DNA of 32,000 nucleotides, taken from NCBI RefSeq assembly GCF_001457615.1, contig NZ_LN831024.1, positions 5,070,001 through 5,102,000 of the forward strand, written 5' to 3'. Shown in pieces: positions 17,296-26,600 of the stretch. The stretch is from Pseudomonas aeruginosa. Its GTDB lineage: Bacteria; Pseudomonadota; Gammaproteobacteria; Pseudomonadales; Pseudomonadaceae. Both the position numbers and the translations under genes were made by a program. The notes under the pieces were generated by a model. The model made no database searches. It saw only the letters and a list, made by a program, of their open reading frames with translations, and was not told the origin of the DNA. Every line of letters starts with the position of its first letter. The first letter of the stretch is position 1.

Positions 17296-19848
17296 TCAGT
17301 ACACGTCGCGTCGGTAACGTCCTTCGTCGGCCAGGCGTTGCAAGGCCTCCTCACCGAGCACTTCGCGCAGCACCCGGTCGACACCGCCGGCCATGCCCTG
17401 CAGGCTGCCGCAGACGTACAAGGCCGCGCCCTCGTCGATCCAGCGCCGCAGTTCATCCGCCGCTTCATGCAGGCGGTCCTGGACATAGATCTTCCCCGCC
17501 TGGTCGCGGGAGAAGGCCAGGTCCAGGCGTTGCAGCTCGCCCCTGGCCAGGGCCTGCTCCAGCTCCGCACGACAGTAGTAGTCGTGGGCGAAATTGCGTT
17601 CGCCGAACAGCAGCCAGTTGCGCTTGCGCCCGGCGGCAATGCTGGCGCGCAACAGGCTGCGCAGGCCGGCGAGCCCGGTACCGTTGCCGATGAGGATCAG
17701 CGGCACGTCATCCTCCGGCAGGTGGAAGCCCGCGTTGCGGCGCAGGCGCAGGGTCAGCGCGGCGCCGAGCGGCAGGTACTCGGTGAGCCAGCCGGAGCAG
17801 ATGCCCAGGCTGCCGTCGGCATGCTGCTCCTGGCGTACGATCAGTTGCAGGTCGCCATCGCTCTGCAGCGACGCGATGGAGTACTGGCGCACGGAAAGCG
17901 GAATCAGCGCATCCAGCAGCGCCTGCGGGTGCAAGCCGACCAGGTGTTCGAAAGAGTCCGGCAGCAAGCGCCCAGCCAGGGCCTGCTCCAGGCTCTGCTC
18001 GATGCCCTCGACCGCCACCCGCGCCTGGCCGTCCAGGTTATGCCGCTGCAGCCATTCGCGGATGCGCGCGGACGCCTGGTGCGGGACGATCTCCAGCAGA
18101 TCGCCGGCGCGCCATTGGATGGCGCTGTCGGTCGGCGCACGCAGGTCCAGCAGCCAGGTCGACTCGCCCTGGCTGCCAGGATTCAGGCACTCCCGCCGCG
18201 CCAGCGACCAGACCTCGAAGGCCGGCGCTTCCCAGGCCGCCGGGGCGGCACCGCCGGTCACCTCGGCCAGGCTTTCCTGCCATTGGCGCAGGGCCGCGGC
18301 GTCGCCATCATCGACCTCCACCGGGGCGAACAGGCTCCGCGCGCCCTGCCCCTGCAACCAGCCCTGCATGCGCCGGGCGAAGCCGCAGAACTGCTCGTAC
18401 TGGCGATCTCCCAAGGCCAGCAGGGCGTAGCTCAGGCCATCGAGGCTGGCGGCCTGGCCAAGCACCTTGCGTTCGAAGCCGCGGGCGCTGTCCGGCGCCT
18501 CACCGTCGCCGAAGGTGCTGACCACGAACAGCGCCTTGCGCGCCTCGGCGAGTTGCCCGGCATCCAGGCGCGCCAGCGATTCGACCCGCACCGGCAACCC
18601 GGCCGCCTGCAACTGGCCGGCGCTCTGCCAGGCCAGTTGCTCGGCAAAACCGCTCTGGCTGGCGTAGCCGATCAACCAGGGCTCGCCGCTGGCGCCGGCG
18701 CTGCCGCCCAGGTCGGCGCGGCTCGCCCGTACCGCGCGTTTCTTGCGCCGGCGGTCGAGGTAGAGCAGCCAGCCGGTGATGAAGAACAGCGGCATCGCCA
18801 GGCTGGCGAGCATCATCAGGATGCGTCCGGCCATGCCGAAATAGCTGCCTACGTGCAATGCATAGACGCTGGCCAGCAACTGGCTGCCGAAAGAACGGTC
18901 GCTATAGCGCTGGTCGCTTTTCACCTGGCCGTTGGCCGGGTCCAGGATCAAGGTGTTGAAGGCACGCTCGTGCGGCGCGTCGGTCAGGCGATAGAACACT
19001 GTCGCCGGCTGGCCGCCCGCCGGCGGCAGGCGCAGGTTGTAGGCCTGCAAGCGGTCGCCGCCGGCCTGGCGGATGCTGTTCCATACCGCCGCGTAGTCGA
19101 CCACCAGCGGAGCCGCATCGGCCGGGCGCTCGCCACGTCCGCCCGGCTTGCCGCGCTGCGCCTGCTGGCCGGCGGGCGCGTCGTCGAGCAGTTTGAACAG
19201 GCCGTTGCGGTACCACTCGTAGGACCAGTACAGGCCGGTCAGCGCAGCCAGCAGGTAGAGCGCCAGGCACCAGGTGCCGGCCACGGCATGCAGGTCCCAG
19301 TTGAAACTGCGCCCCTTGCGCGACCAGTCGAGGGTCAGCCAGGCGCGCCAGTCGAAAACCTTGCGCGGCCAGCGCAGGTAGAGACCGGACAGGCAGAAGA
19401 AGATCAGGATCAGGGTGCAGGCGGCGGTGACCTGCTTGCCGTACTCGCCCATGGCGAGGAACCGGTGCAGTTGCATCATCAGGTTGAAGAAACCCTCGCC
19501 GCGTGGCTCGCCGACGAAAGCCCCGGTGTAGGGATCGATCCAGCGCGACTCGCCGCGGCGCTGTCCCGGCGGCGGGGTATAGAAGATCCGCCCGGCCTTG
19601 TCGCTGTCCATCTCGACCCAGACGAAGGCCACTTTCCGCCCCGGCTCGGCACCTTCGATACGGCGCACCAGTTCGTCCAGCGGCAGCACACCCTCGGGGC
19701 GCTTCTGCACCACCAGCACGTCAGGGTTGAGCGCGCGCATCAGCTCGTCCTGGAACGACAGGGTCGCTCCGGTGACGCCCATCAGCGCCAGCACCAGGCC
19801 GGCGCTGATACCGAAGAACCAATGCAACTGGAACCAGACTTTCTTCAC
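17296..19848 (-). CDS. piuB: PepSY-TM membrane domain fused to flavodoxin + FAD/NAD(P)H (CysJ/FNR-like) reductase; putative siderophore-iron reductase
   Basis: The N-terminal ~390 aa are polytopic, with four TM-embedded LH motifs ([29 protein letters not shown]). Next come a flavodoxin-like module ([12 protein letters not shown]...[12 protein letters not shown]), FAD motif RQYSIAS, NAD(P)H motif IGNGTGLAG and a C-terminal ...RRDVY. Start taken at GTG 19848 (GAAGG SD). The track start, TTG 19881, lacks an SD. Confidence 0.85.
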   Translation of the reverse strand: MKKVWFQLHWFFGISAGLVLALMGVTGATLSFQDELMRALNPDVLVVQKRPEGVLPLDELVRRIEGAEPGRKVAFVWVEMDSDKAGRIFYTPPPGQRRGESRWIDPYTGAFVGEPRGEGFFNLMMQLHRFLAMGEYGKQVTAACTLILIFFCLSGLYLRWPRKVFDWRAWLTLDWSRKGRSFNWDLHAVAGTWCLALYLLAALTGLYWSYEWYRNGLFKLLDDAPAGQQAQRGKPGGRGERPADAAPLVVDYAAVWNSIRQAGGDRLQAYNLRLPPAGGQPATVFYRLTDAPHERAFNTLILDPANGQVKSDQRYSDRSFGSQLLASVYALHVGSYFGMAGRILMMLASLAMPLFFITGWLLYLDRRRKKRAVRASRADLGGSAGASGEPWLIGYASQSGFAEQLAWQSAGQLQAAGLPVRVESLARLDAGQLAEARKALFVVSTFGDGEAPDSARGFERKVLGQAASLDGLSYALLALGDRQYEQFCGFARRMQGWLQGQGARSLFAPVEVDDGDAAALRQWQESLAEVTGGAAPAAWEAPAFEVWSLARRECLNPGSQGESTWLLDLRAPTDSAIQWRAGDLLEIVPHQASARIREWLQRHNLDGQARVAVEGIEQSLEQALAGRLLPDSFEHLVGLHPQALLDALIPLSVRQYSIASLQSDGDLQLIVRQEQHADGSLGICSGWLTEYLPLGAALTLRLRRNAGFHLPEDDVPLILIGNGTGLAGLRSLLRASIAAGRKRNWLLFGERNFAHDYYCRAELEQALARGELQRLDLAFSRDQAGKIYVQDRLHEAADELRRWIDEGAALYVCGSLQGMAGGVDRVLREVLGEEALQRLADEGRYRRDVY

Positions 19849-19939
19849 AGGATCACCTTCACGGCCGCCGCGCGGCAACAACGGGACTACGCCGACGCCA
19901 AGCGCCGGCCAGACGACACGAGGACGTCGGCGGGCAATT

Positions 19940-19958
19940 CTATTTGATAATCAGTTGC
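19940..19958 (-). promoter_or_regulatory. Fur-box-like site upstream of piuB
   Basis: CTATTTGATAATCAGTTGC contains the perfect Fur core TGATAATCA and matches GATAATGATAATCATTATC at about 11/19 positions. It lies ~90 nt upstream of the piuB start in an AT-rich patch. Confidence 0.5.
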
Positions 19959-20009
19959 GATAAAGCCGAATTAACGTTCTTTACGCTCTATTTACCCACC
20001 TGGATGCGG

Positions 20010-20043
20010 GAAAGCCCCATCCCGCAGGGGGAATGGGGCTTTC
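20010..20043 (-). terminator. Stem-loop downstream of piuA
   Basis: GAAAGCCCCAT-(12 nt)-ATGGGGCTTTC, an 11-bp stem 20 nt after the piuA stop. There is no strong U-tract, so terminator function is uncertain. Confidence 0.4.
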
Positions 20044-20063
20044 GTGGGGAGCGAGAGCGGCAG

Positions 20064-22364
20064 TCAGAAGTGGAAGTTGGTGCTGAACAGTATCGTCCTT
20101 CCAGCGGCCTGGGACGCATAGTGCGCCGCATAGGCTTTGTCGAAGTACTTCTTGTCGAACACATTCTGCACGTTCAACTGGAAATCGACGTTCTTGCTCA
20201 GTTTGTAGCTGGCCATTGCGTCATAGCGCCAGTAATCGGGGACATAGACGGTATTGCCAACGTCGCCATAGACCTTGTCGACATAGAAAGCCCCGCCGCC
20301 GATGGTGGTCGTCGGGAAGATGTCATAGGTGGTCCAGAGACTGAAGCTGTTCTTCGGCGTATTTGGCATCTCGTTGCCGTTGTTGGAAGCCGCCGATGCG
20401 TTCACATTGCCGTTACGCCCAGCCTTACCGGCATCGACCAACTCGCTGTCCAGGTAGCTGTAGCCCGCGAACACCTTCCACTTCTCGGTCAGCTTGCCGC
20501 TGGCGCTCAACTCCACGCCGTCGACGCGGGATTGTCCGGCGTTGTCGTAGGTCTGGTTGGCGACCAGGATGCGGGTATTGTCCTTGTCGGTGCGGAAGAT
20601 CGCGGCACTCAGCTCCAGCCGCTCGTTGAAGAAAGCCCACTTGGTACCAAGCTCGTAGTTCGTGGTTTCTTCCGGCTCAAGGTTGTTGCTGATGGCGAAC
20701 CCGTCGACAGCATTCGAGGTATCCCCATTATCGAGCATGCTACCCGGCGGCGTAGCCGAAGTGGCGTAGGACGCATAGATACTGCCGTTGGGTACAGGCT
20801 TCCACACCAAGCCTGCCTGCCAGTTCCAGAAGCTCGACTTGTCGCTGAGTTTGGTAGCGGGTCTTACACCGTGGTTCTTCGCCGTAGTTTCGAAACTATC
20901 GAAGCGCGCGCCAATATTGACCTGCCACTGCTCGTTCAGGTCGATGGTGTCGAACGCATATATTGCCTTGGTGGTGCCGACCGTATTCAGCGGCGCATAT
21001 TTCCGGGTAATACTGCCATTCCATGGATCGTGCGGATTGGGATTTTCCAGACTAGTGCAGTTATAGCCGCTAGGCGCCCCGATCAGCGATGGATTGCACT
21101 TGTTGCTGCCCAGGCCGGTATTGGTATCGACGGTATACCCATCGCGCTTGCTGTCTTCTCGGCTGAACTCCAGGCCGGTGCTGAAGCTGTTCTTGAAGCC
21201 ACCCAGGTAGAACTCTCCAAACAGGTCAGTCTGGTTGACTGCTGTGGTGGTGGTACTTACCCGATTGTTCTGGCGGCGCCAGACCGAGCCATTGTTGATG
21301 TTGCCCTGGCTGTCATCCGGTTGTGTCCACAGATAGTCCTGATGACTGTTGCCGTAACGCGAGGTATTGCGAATAGTGAGGCTGTCAGTCAGATCATGCT
21401 CAACGGTGATGGTACTGGTATCGATGCGGCTCTTCTGGAAATCGCGCCCCGTCAGCCCATAGAAATTGCCTCGATCGACATTCACCGGTTTGTCCGGATT
21501 GTGCTTGCTGCGATCGCTACTCTTGGCATAGGGAATGCCCGAATCCGGGGTATCGTCACTTTCCAGGTGATAATGGCTGACGGTCACTCGGGTCGGCGAG
21601 CCAAGACCGAAGGTGAGCGACGGCGCTACGCCCCAGCGACTGACATCGACTTCATCGCGGCCCGCGACATTGGCATCGTGCTTGAGAAGATTCAGCCGGA
21701 ATGCCGCATTGCCATCGAGGAATTCCTGGTTGAGGTCCAGGGTGTAGCGGCGAGTCTGGTCAGAACCATAGGTGAAGCCTCCATCGATGAAGTTCCCAGC
21801 CTTGGCCTGCTTGCTGACGAGATTGAGGCTGCCGCCGGCCGAGCCCCGTCCTCCGAATGCCGAGTTAGGGCCCTTGCTGACCTCGATCTGCTCAAGGTTG
21901 AAGATCTCGCGGGTCTGTGCACCAGTATCGCGTACACCATCGACGTAAGTATCGCTTTGCGCATCGAAGCCGCGAATGAATGGCCGGTCACCGGTGGGAT
22001 TGCCGCCCTCGCCCGCGCCAAAGGTAATACCTGGAACGGTACGCAGTGCATCCTGGAGAGACACGGCGGCGGTATCCTTGATCACCTGCTTTGGTACTAC
22101 CGTGACGGAGCGCGGCGTATCCAAGAGCGGCGCGGTGTACTTCTTCGACGCCGAGCGGTCGACGTTGTAGGTGGTTTCGTCCTGCTGCTCGCCGACGATG
22201 GTGGCCGCATCCAGCGACAGTACGCGGTCCTTGTCGGTCTTTTTCTGCCCGGCCTCGTCGGCGTGCGCTGCCTGCGGTGCGGCGATGGCGGTGATGGCCA
22301 CACCGATGGCCGAAGCCAGCAGACGTTGCGAAGAAACGGCGGTATCCGTGGACTGACGCGACAT
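20064..22364 (-). CDS. piuA: TonB-dependent siderophore receptor (PiuA/PiuD type)
   Basis: 766-aa ORF. Signal peptide ends AAHA/DE. TonB-box-like [10 protein letters not shown], plug-domain motifs ([24 protein letters not shown]), 22-strand barrel-type sequence and terminal ...STNFHF. I cannot tell the piuA allele from the piuD allele by eye. Confidence 0.88.
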   Translation of the reverse strand: MSRQSTDTAVSSQRLLASAIGVAITAIAAPQAAHADEAGQKKTDKDRVLSLDAATIVGEQQDETTYNVDRSASKKYTAPLLDTPRSVTVVPKQVIKDTAAVSLQDALRTVPGITFGAGEGGNPTGDRPFIRGFDAQSDTYVDGVRDTGAQTREIFNLEQIEVSKGPNSAFGGRGSAGGSLNLVSKQAKAGNFIDGGFTYGSDQTRRYTLDLNQEFLDGNAAFRLNLLKHDANVAGRDEVDVSRWGVAPSLTFGLGSPTRVTVSHYHLESDDTPDSGIPYAKSSDRSKHNPDKPVNVDRGNFYGLTGRDFQKSRIDTSTITVEHDLTDSLTIRNTSRYGNSHQDYLWTQPDDSQGNINNGSVWRRQNNRVSTTTTAVNQTDLFGEFYLGGFKNSFSTGLEFSREDSKRDGYTVDTNTGLGSNKCNPSLIGAPSGYNCTSLENPNPHDPWNGSITRKYAPLNTVGTTKAIYAFDTIDLNEQWQVNIGARFDSFETTAKNHGVRPATKLSDKSSFWNWQAGLVWKPVPNGSIYASYATSATPPGSMLDNGDTSNAVDGFAISNNLEPEETTNYELGTKWAFFNERLELSAAIFRTDKDNTRILVANQTYDNAGQSRVDGVELSASGKLTEKWKVFAGYSYLDSELVDAGKAGRNGNVNASAASNNGNEMPNTPKNSFSLWTTYDIFPTTTIGGGAFYVDKVYGDVGNTVYVPDYWRYDAMASYKLSKNVDFQLNVQNVFDKKYFDKAYAAHYASQAAGRTILFSTNFHF

Positions 22365-22399
22365 TCGAAACCCCTCCCCGGGAGCTGTGAAGGTCGCGG

Positions 22400-22434
22400 A
22401 ATTTATTGCAGATCAGAATTGTTATCAATTATTA
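22400..22434 (-). promoter_or_regulatory. Candidate piuA promoter with overlapping Fur-box-like site
   Basis: Minus strand: TTGATA (22428-22423), 17 nt, TAAATT (22405-22400). TGTTATCAATTATTA (22420-22434) matches the 7-1-7 Fur consensus TGATAATnATTATCA at 11/15. Confidence 0.45.
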
Positions 22435-22520
22435 CGGATTCGCATTCGACAGGAATTTACATTCTTTACAATTTTCTCATTACATTTTTCCCATCTCGCT
22501 CGTCTGGAACATTTGGCGGT

Positions 22521-22563
22521 TTTACATGGCCAATGCAAATCAATATCATTGGCAATCATTTCG
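22521..22563 (+). promoter_or_regulatory. Candidate piuC promoter with overlapping Fur-box-like array
   Basis: TTTACA (22521-22526), 17 nt, TATCAT (22544-22549). GCAAATCAATATCATTGGC (22535-22553) matches the Fur 19-mer at 12/19, and an overlapping AATCATT repeat runs to 22563. Confidence 0.5.
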
Positions 22564-22580
22564 CCTTCATGGACAGCGCC

Positions 22581-23261
22581 ATGTTGCTGCATATTCCCGC
22601 CATCTTCACCGCCGAGGAAGCCTCCCGGATCCGCGCAGCCCTGGAGCAGGCGGAATGGGCCGACGGCAAGGCGACCGCCGGCTACCAATCGGCCAAGGCC
22701 AAGCACAACCTGCAACTGCCGCAGGACCACCCGCTGGCCCGGGAGATCGGCGAAGCCATGCTGCAGCGCCTGTGGAACCATCCCCTGTTCATGTCCGCCG
22801 CCCTGCCGCTCAAGGTCTTCCCGCCGCTATTCAACTGCTATACCGGCGGGGGCTCGTTCGACTTCCACATCGACAACGCCGTGCGCGACGTCCATGGCGG
22901 CCGCGAGCGGGTCCGTACCGACCTGTCCTCGACCCTCTTCTTCAGCGACCCGGAGGACTATGACGGCGGCGAACTGGTGATCCAGGACACCTACGGCCTG
23001 CAACAGGTGAAGCTGCCCGCCGGCGATCTGGTGCTCTACCCCGGCACCAGCCTGCACAAGGTCAATCCGGTCACCCGCGGCGCGCGCTACGCCTCGTTCT
23101 TCTGGACCCAGAGCCTGGTCCGCGAAGACAGCCAGCGCACCCTGCTATTCGAAATGGACCAGTCGATCCAGCGACTCACCCGCGACGTCCCCGACCATCC
23201 CTCGCTGATCCGCCTCACCGGTACCTACCACAATCTCCTGCGGCGCTGGTCGGAACTCTGA
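22581..23261 (+). CDS. piuC: Fe(II)/2-oxoglutarate-dependent oxygenase, PiuC/YbiX family
   Basis: The track ORF 19944-23261 is spurious upstream because it runs antisense through piuA. The real start is ATG 22581 ([14 protein letters not shown]...), giving 226 aa. HxD...H facial-triad context (FDFHIDNA ... [19 protein letters not shown]). An in-frame ATG at 22569 is an alternative start. Confidence 0.88.
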   Translation: MLLHIPAIFTAEEASRIRAALEQAEWADGKATAGYQSAKAKHNLQLPQDHPLAREIGEAMLQRLWNHPLFMSAALPLKVFPPLFNCYTGGGSFDFHIDNAVRDVHGGRERVRTDLSSTLFFSDPEDYDGGELVIQDTYGLQQVKLPAGDLVLYPGTSLHKVNPVTRGARYASFFWTQSLVREDSQRTLLFEMDQSIQRLTRDVPDHPSLIRLTGTYHNLLRRWSEL

Positions 23262-23263
23262 AC

Positions 23264-24079
23264 ATGCGCCACCTGCTGCTTCGTCACGACGCGCTGGACG
23301 CCGAAGGTTTCGCCGCACAACTGGCCGGTACCCCGGGCGAGGTTGCCCAGGCCATCCTCGGCGCTGCGCGCGAGGGCCTGACGGAAGCCCAGGCCCTGCT
23401 CGGACAGATCCTTCTGGACGGCCAAGGCATCCAGCGCGACCCGACCCTGGCGCGGACCTGGTTCACGATCGCCGCCGAACGCGGCCACGCAATGGCGCGC
23501 AATATGCTCGCTCGCTGTCTTGAACATGGCTGGGGCGGCCCGGCGGATCCAGCCGCGGCAGCCGTCCACTATCGGATCGCCGCCCAGGCCGGCCTTGACT
23601 GGGCCCGCTACAACCTGGCCAATCTCCACGCCACCGGCCGCGGCGTGTCCCAGGACCAGCCGCGCGCCTATGCGCTGTATCGGCAAGCGGCCGAGCAGGG
23701 CCACGCGAAATCGATGAACCTGGTGGGGCGCTACCACGAAGAAGGCCTGGTGGTCGCTCGCGACCTGGCGCAAGCTGCGCACTGGTATCGACGTTCCGCC
23801 GAGGGCGGCGATTTTCGCGGCCAGTTCAGCCACGCCGCGATGCTCAGCGCCTCGGGCCGCCATGCCGAAGCCGAAACCTGGCTCCGGCGTGCCCTCGAAG
23901 GCGGCAACCTGAACTTCCTGCGCAGTGCCCGCCATGGCCTGGAGCAGTCGGCCCACCCGCCGTTCCGCAGCCTGGCGCTGGCCTACTACCGACGCGCGGC
24001 GCAGTTGGGCGACGACACCGATCGAGAGGCTCTGGAACAGGCGCTCGAACGTCACGGGTACGCACGACTGCCCGTCTGA
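23264..24079 (+). CDS. Sel1-like (TPR-related) repeat protein
   Basis: 271 aa with at least five ~36-aa Sel1-type repeats (A..W...AAE.G.A.A...L...Y..G.GV..D...A..WY). Its start is 2 nt after the piuC stop. No signal peptide is evident. Confidence 0.8.
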   Translation: MRHLLLRHDALDAEGFAAQLAGTPGEVAQAILGAAREGLTEAQALLGQILLDGQGIQRDPTLARTWFTIAAERGHAMARNMLARCLEHGWGGPADPAAAAVHYRIAAQAGLDWARYNLANLHATGRGVSQDQPRAYALYRQAAEQGHAKSMNLVGRYHEEGLVVARDLAQAAHWYRRSAEGGDFRGQFSHAAMLSASGRHAEAETWLRRALEGGNLNFLRSARHGLEQSAHPPFRSLALAYYRRAAQLGDDTDREALEQALERHGYARLPV

Positions 24080-24201
24080 CGAACAACGCCCAACCCTTTG
24101 TTCACACCCACATAACACTTTTTTGACAAGCCTTTCCCTACCCTCGCCGCTTCATCGAGGCGAGCGACGATCGCGCCTCCGGTCCATCGTACGAGGCTAT
24201 C

Positions 24202-26004
24202 GTGTCCCCCACTCCACCAAGCGTTACGCGCAATCGCATCGACTGGGCCGGCCTGGGCTGGCTGTTCCTGTTCTTCTGGTTCTTCTCCGGCATCACCCAA
24301 CTGCTCCTGCTGACCTCCGGCAACAGCGGTTTCTCCGGTTTCCGCAACGCCATGGTGCTGAGCACCATCTGGCTTGCGCCGGTGTTGCTGTTCCCGCGCT
24401 GGACCAAGCCGCTGGCCGCCGTCATCGGGCTGGTGCTGTGGGCCGCCTCGCTGGTCGGCCTGAGCTATTTCGGCATCTATCACCAGGAATTCTCGCAAAG
24501 CGTGATCTTCGTGATGTTCGAGTCGAACACCGCCGAGGCCAGCGAATATTTCAGCCAGTACTTCAACCCCTGGATGACCCTCGGCCTGGTGCTCTACAGC
24601 CTGGTCGCCATCCTCCTCTGGCGCCGCCTGCGCCCGGTCTACCTGCCGCGCTTCAGCGCCCTGCCGGTGGCGGTGCTGCTGATCGTCGCGACCATCGGTT
24701 ATCCGTTCTACAAGCAACTGGTCAGCCAGGGCCGGCCCTTCGACGAAGCCCTGGACAAGGTCCAGGCGCGCATGGAACCGGCGGTGCCCTGGCAATTGCT
24801 GATCGGCTACCAGCAATACCGCCAGCAACTGGGCAGCATGCAGGCGCTGTTGCAAAAGAACGCGGCCCTACCGCCGCTGAAGAACCTCGTCGATGCCAAT
24901 GGCGATACGCCGCGCACGCTGGTCCTGGTGATCGGCGAATCCACGTCGCGCAAGCACATGAGCCTCTACGGCTATCCACGCGAAACGACCCCGCAGTTGG
25001 ACGCACTGAAGGCCGCGAACCGGAACCTCACGGTATTCAACAACGTGGTGGCGTCGCGGCCATACACCATCGAGGTGCTGCAGCAGGTGCTGACGTTCGC
25101 TGACCACGAGCATCCCGACCGCTTCCTCACCGATCCGTCGCTGATGAACCTGATGAAGCAGGCCGGCTACAAGACCTTCTGGATCACCAACCAGCAGACC
25201 ATGACCAAGCGCAACACCATGCTGACGACCTTCGCCCAGCAGACCGATGCGCAGTTCTACCTGAACAACCAGCGCAGCCAGAACGCCAGCCAGCTGGACG
25301 GCGCGGTGCTGGCGCCCTTCGCCAAGGTGCTGGACGACCCGGCGCCGAAGAAATTCATCGTGGTCCATCTGCTCGGCACCCACATGAACTACAAGTACCG
25401 CTATCCCGCCGATTACGCTCGCTTCGTCGACCGCCAGGGCGCCCCGGCGGCCCTCAGCGATGACCAGGTGGAGGTCTACAACAGCTACGACAACGCCGTG
25501 CTGTACAACGACTACGTGGTCTCCAGCCTGATCAAGGGCTTCGCCAACAGCGATCCGAACGGCTTCCTGGTCTACCTCTCGGACCATGGAGAGGAAGTCT
25601 TCGACGAAGCCCCGCACGACCGTCTCGGCCGCAACGAAGGCGACCCGACCCGCGGCATGTACACCGTGCCCTTCCTGGTCTGGACTTCGCCCAGCTGGCA
25701 GCAGACCCATCCGCGCGACCTGCAGGCCCTGGTCGACCGACGCTACAGCAGCGAAGACCTGATCCATACCTGGTCCGACCTCGCCGGCCTCAACTATGAC
25801 CTCTTCGATCCGACCAAGAGCCTGGTGAGCAACGACTTCCAGCATGAAGTCCGCTGGATCGGCAACCCCTATGCCCACAATGGCTTGCGCGACTTCGACA
25901 AGCTGCCGCTGGACAAGGCCGACGCCGGGCAGCAGGTAGCCCAGGCCGGACGACCCGCGCCAACGACGCCGCGCGCACCGTCCCGCCAGCCGAACGAAGG
26001 CTGA
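24202..26004 (+). CDS. Phosphoethanolamine transferase-family membrane protein (sulfatase/alkaline-phosphatase superfamily, CptA-like)
   Basis: 600 aa. The N-terminal ~190 aa contain 4-5 TM helices. The periplasmic sulfatase-type domain follows (LVLVIGESTSRKHMSLYGYPRETTP ... VHLLGTHMNYKYRYP ... YLSDHGEE). GTG 24202 start. The lipid A versus core target cannot be told from sequence. Confidence 0.8.
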   Translation: MSPTPPSVTRNRIDWAGLGWLFLFFWFFSGITQLLLLTSGNSGFSGFRNAMVLSTIWLAPVLLFPRWTKPLAAVIGLVLWAASLVGLSYFGIYHQEFSQSVIFVMFESNTAEASEYFSQYFNPWMTLGLVLYSLVAILLWRRLRPVYLPRFSALPVAVLLIVATIGYPFYKQLVSQGRPFDEALDKVQARMEPAVPWQLLIGYQQYRQQLGSMQALLQKNAALPPLKNLVDANGDTPRTLVLVIGESTSRKHMSLYGYPRETTPQLDALKAANRNLTVFNNVVASRPYTIEVLQQVLTFADHEHPDRFLTDPSLMNLMKQAGYKTFWITNQQTMTKRNTMLTTFAQQTDAQFYLNNQRSQNASQLDGAVLAPFAKVLDDPAPKKFIVVHLLGTHMNYKYRYPADYARFVDRQGAPAALSDDQVEVYNSYDNAVLYNDYVVSSLIKGFANSDPNGFLVYLSDHGEEVFDEAPHDRLGRNEGDPTRGMYTVPFLVWTSPSWQQTHPRDLQALVDRRYSSEDLIHTWSDLAGLNYDLFDPTKSLVSNDFQHEVRWIGNPYAHNGLRDFDKLPLDKADAGQQVAQAGRPAPTTPRAPSRQPNEG

Positions 26005-26020
26005 CCGCCGCCAAGGAATG

Positions 26021-26044
26021 CGCCCCGCCGAGCGGGGCGTTTTT
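26021..26044 (+). terminator. Rho-independent terminator after the PEtN-transferase gene
   Basis: CGCCCCGC-cga-GCGGGGCG followed by TTTTT, 17 nt after the stop. Confidence 0.8.
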
Positions 26045-26059
26045 CCATCCGTAGCGCCC

Positions 26060-26485
26060 TCAGGGCAAGACCAGGTTGCCCTGCTCGTCGAACGGCCAGA
26101 ACGGGTTGTAGGCAATTTCCCAAAGGTGTCCATCCGGGTCGGCGACATATCCGGAGTAGCCACCCCAGAACACTTCCTGCGGCATCTTGGTCGCCTGCCC
26201 GCCGGCCGCCGTGGCTGCGGAGAACAGACGGTCCACCTCGTCCCGCGAGGCGCAGTTGCAGGCCAGGGTGATAGCCGCGAAGCCGGTCGGACGATCTTCC
26301 ACCTGCGCATCCTCGGCGAGGGCGCTGCGTCCGTAGAGGCCGAGGACCAGGTTGCGGCCCTTGAGAAATACCACCTGCTCGTTGCCGTCCGAAGAGGGCT
26401 GCCAGCCCAGCGCCTGGTAGTAGAGAGAGGAGCGGGCCAGATCGGCGACCCCGAGGGTCACCAGGGAAACACCATTGCCTGTCAT
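26060..26485 (-). CDS. VOC-family (glyoxalase/bleomycin-resistance/dioxygenase fold) protein
   Basis: 141 aa with two beta-alpha-beta-beta-beta modules and a C-terminal GYVADPDGHLWEIAYNP motif typical of the family. AAGGA SD. Confidence 0.8.
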   Translation of the reverse strand: MTGNGVSLVTLGVADLARSSLYYQALGWQPSSDGNEQVVFLKGRNLVLGLYGRSALAEDAQVEDRPTGFAAITLACNCASRDEVDRLFSAATAAGGQATKMPQEVFWGGYSGYVADPDGHLWEIAYNPFWPFDEQGNLVLP

Positions 26486-26554
26486 GTCGGCGTCCTTGTC
26501 ATGGGTTGTCGAACAAGGCTGGCACGAGCGCCGCGAGGCTTCCAGAGCGACATG

Positions 26555-26578
26555 AAAAAGCCCCGCCGAGGCGGGGCT
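26555..26578 (-). terminator. Rho-independent terminator of speC
   Basis: Minus strand: AGCCCCGCC-tc-GGCGGGGCT followed by TTTTT (plus-strand AAAAA at 26555-26559), 22 nt after the speC stop. Confidence 0.8.
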
Positions 26579-26600
26579 CTTCGTAGCAGAGGCGACTGCG

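Noticed and set aside
17188-23261. 919-aa and 1105-aa plus-strand ORFs (17188-19947 and 19944-23261).
   Set aside because: They run antisense through piuB and piuA and have no family motifs. Only the last 226 codons of the second one (from ATG 22581) correspond to a real protein, PiuC.
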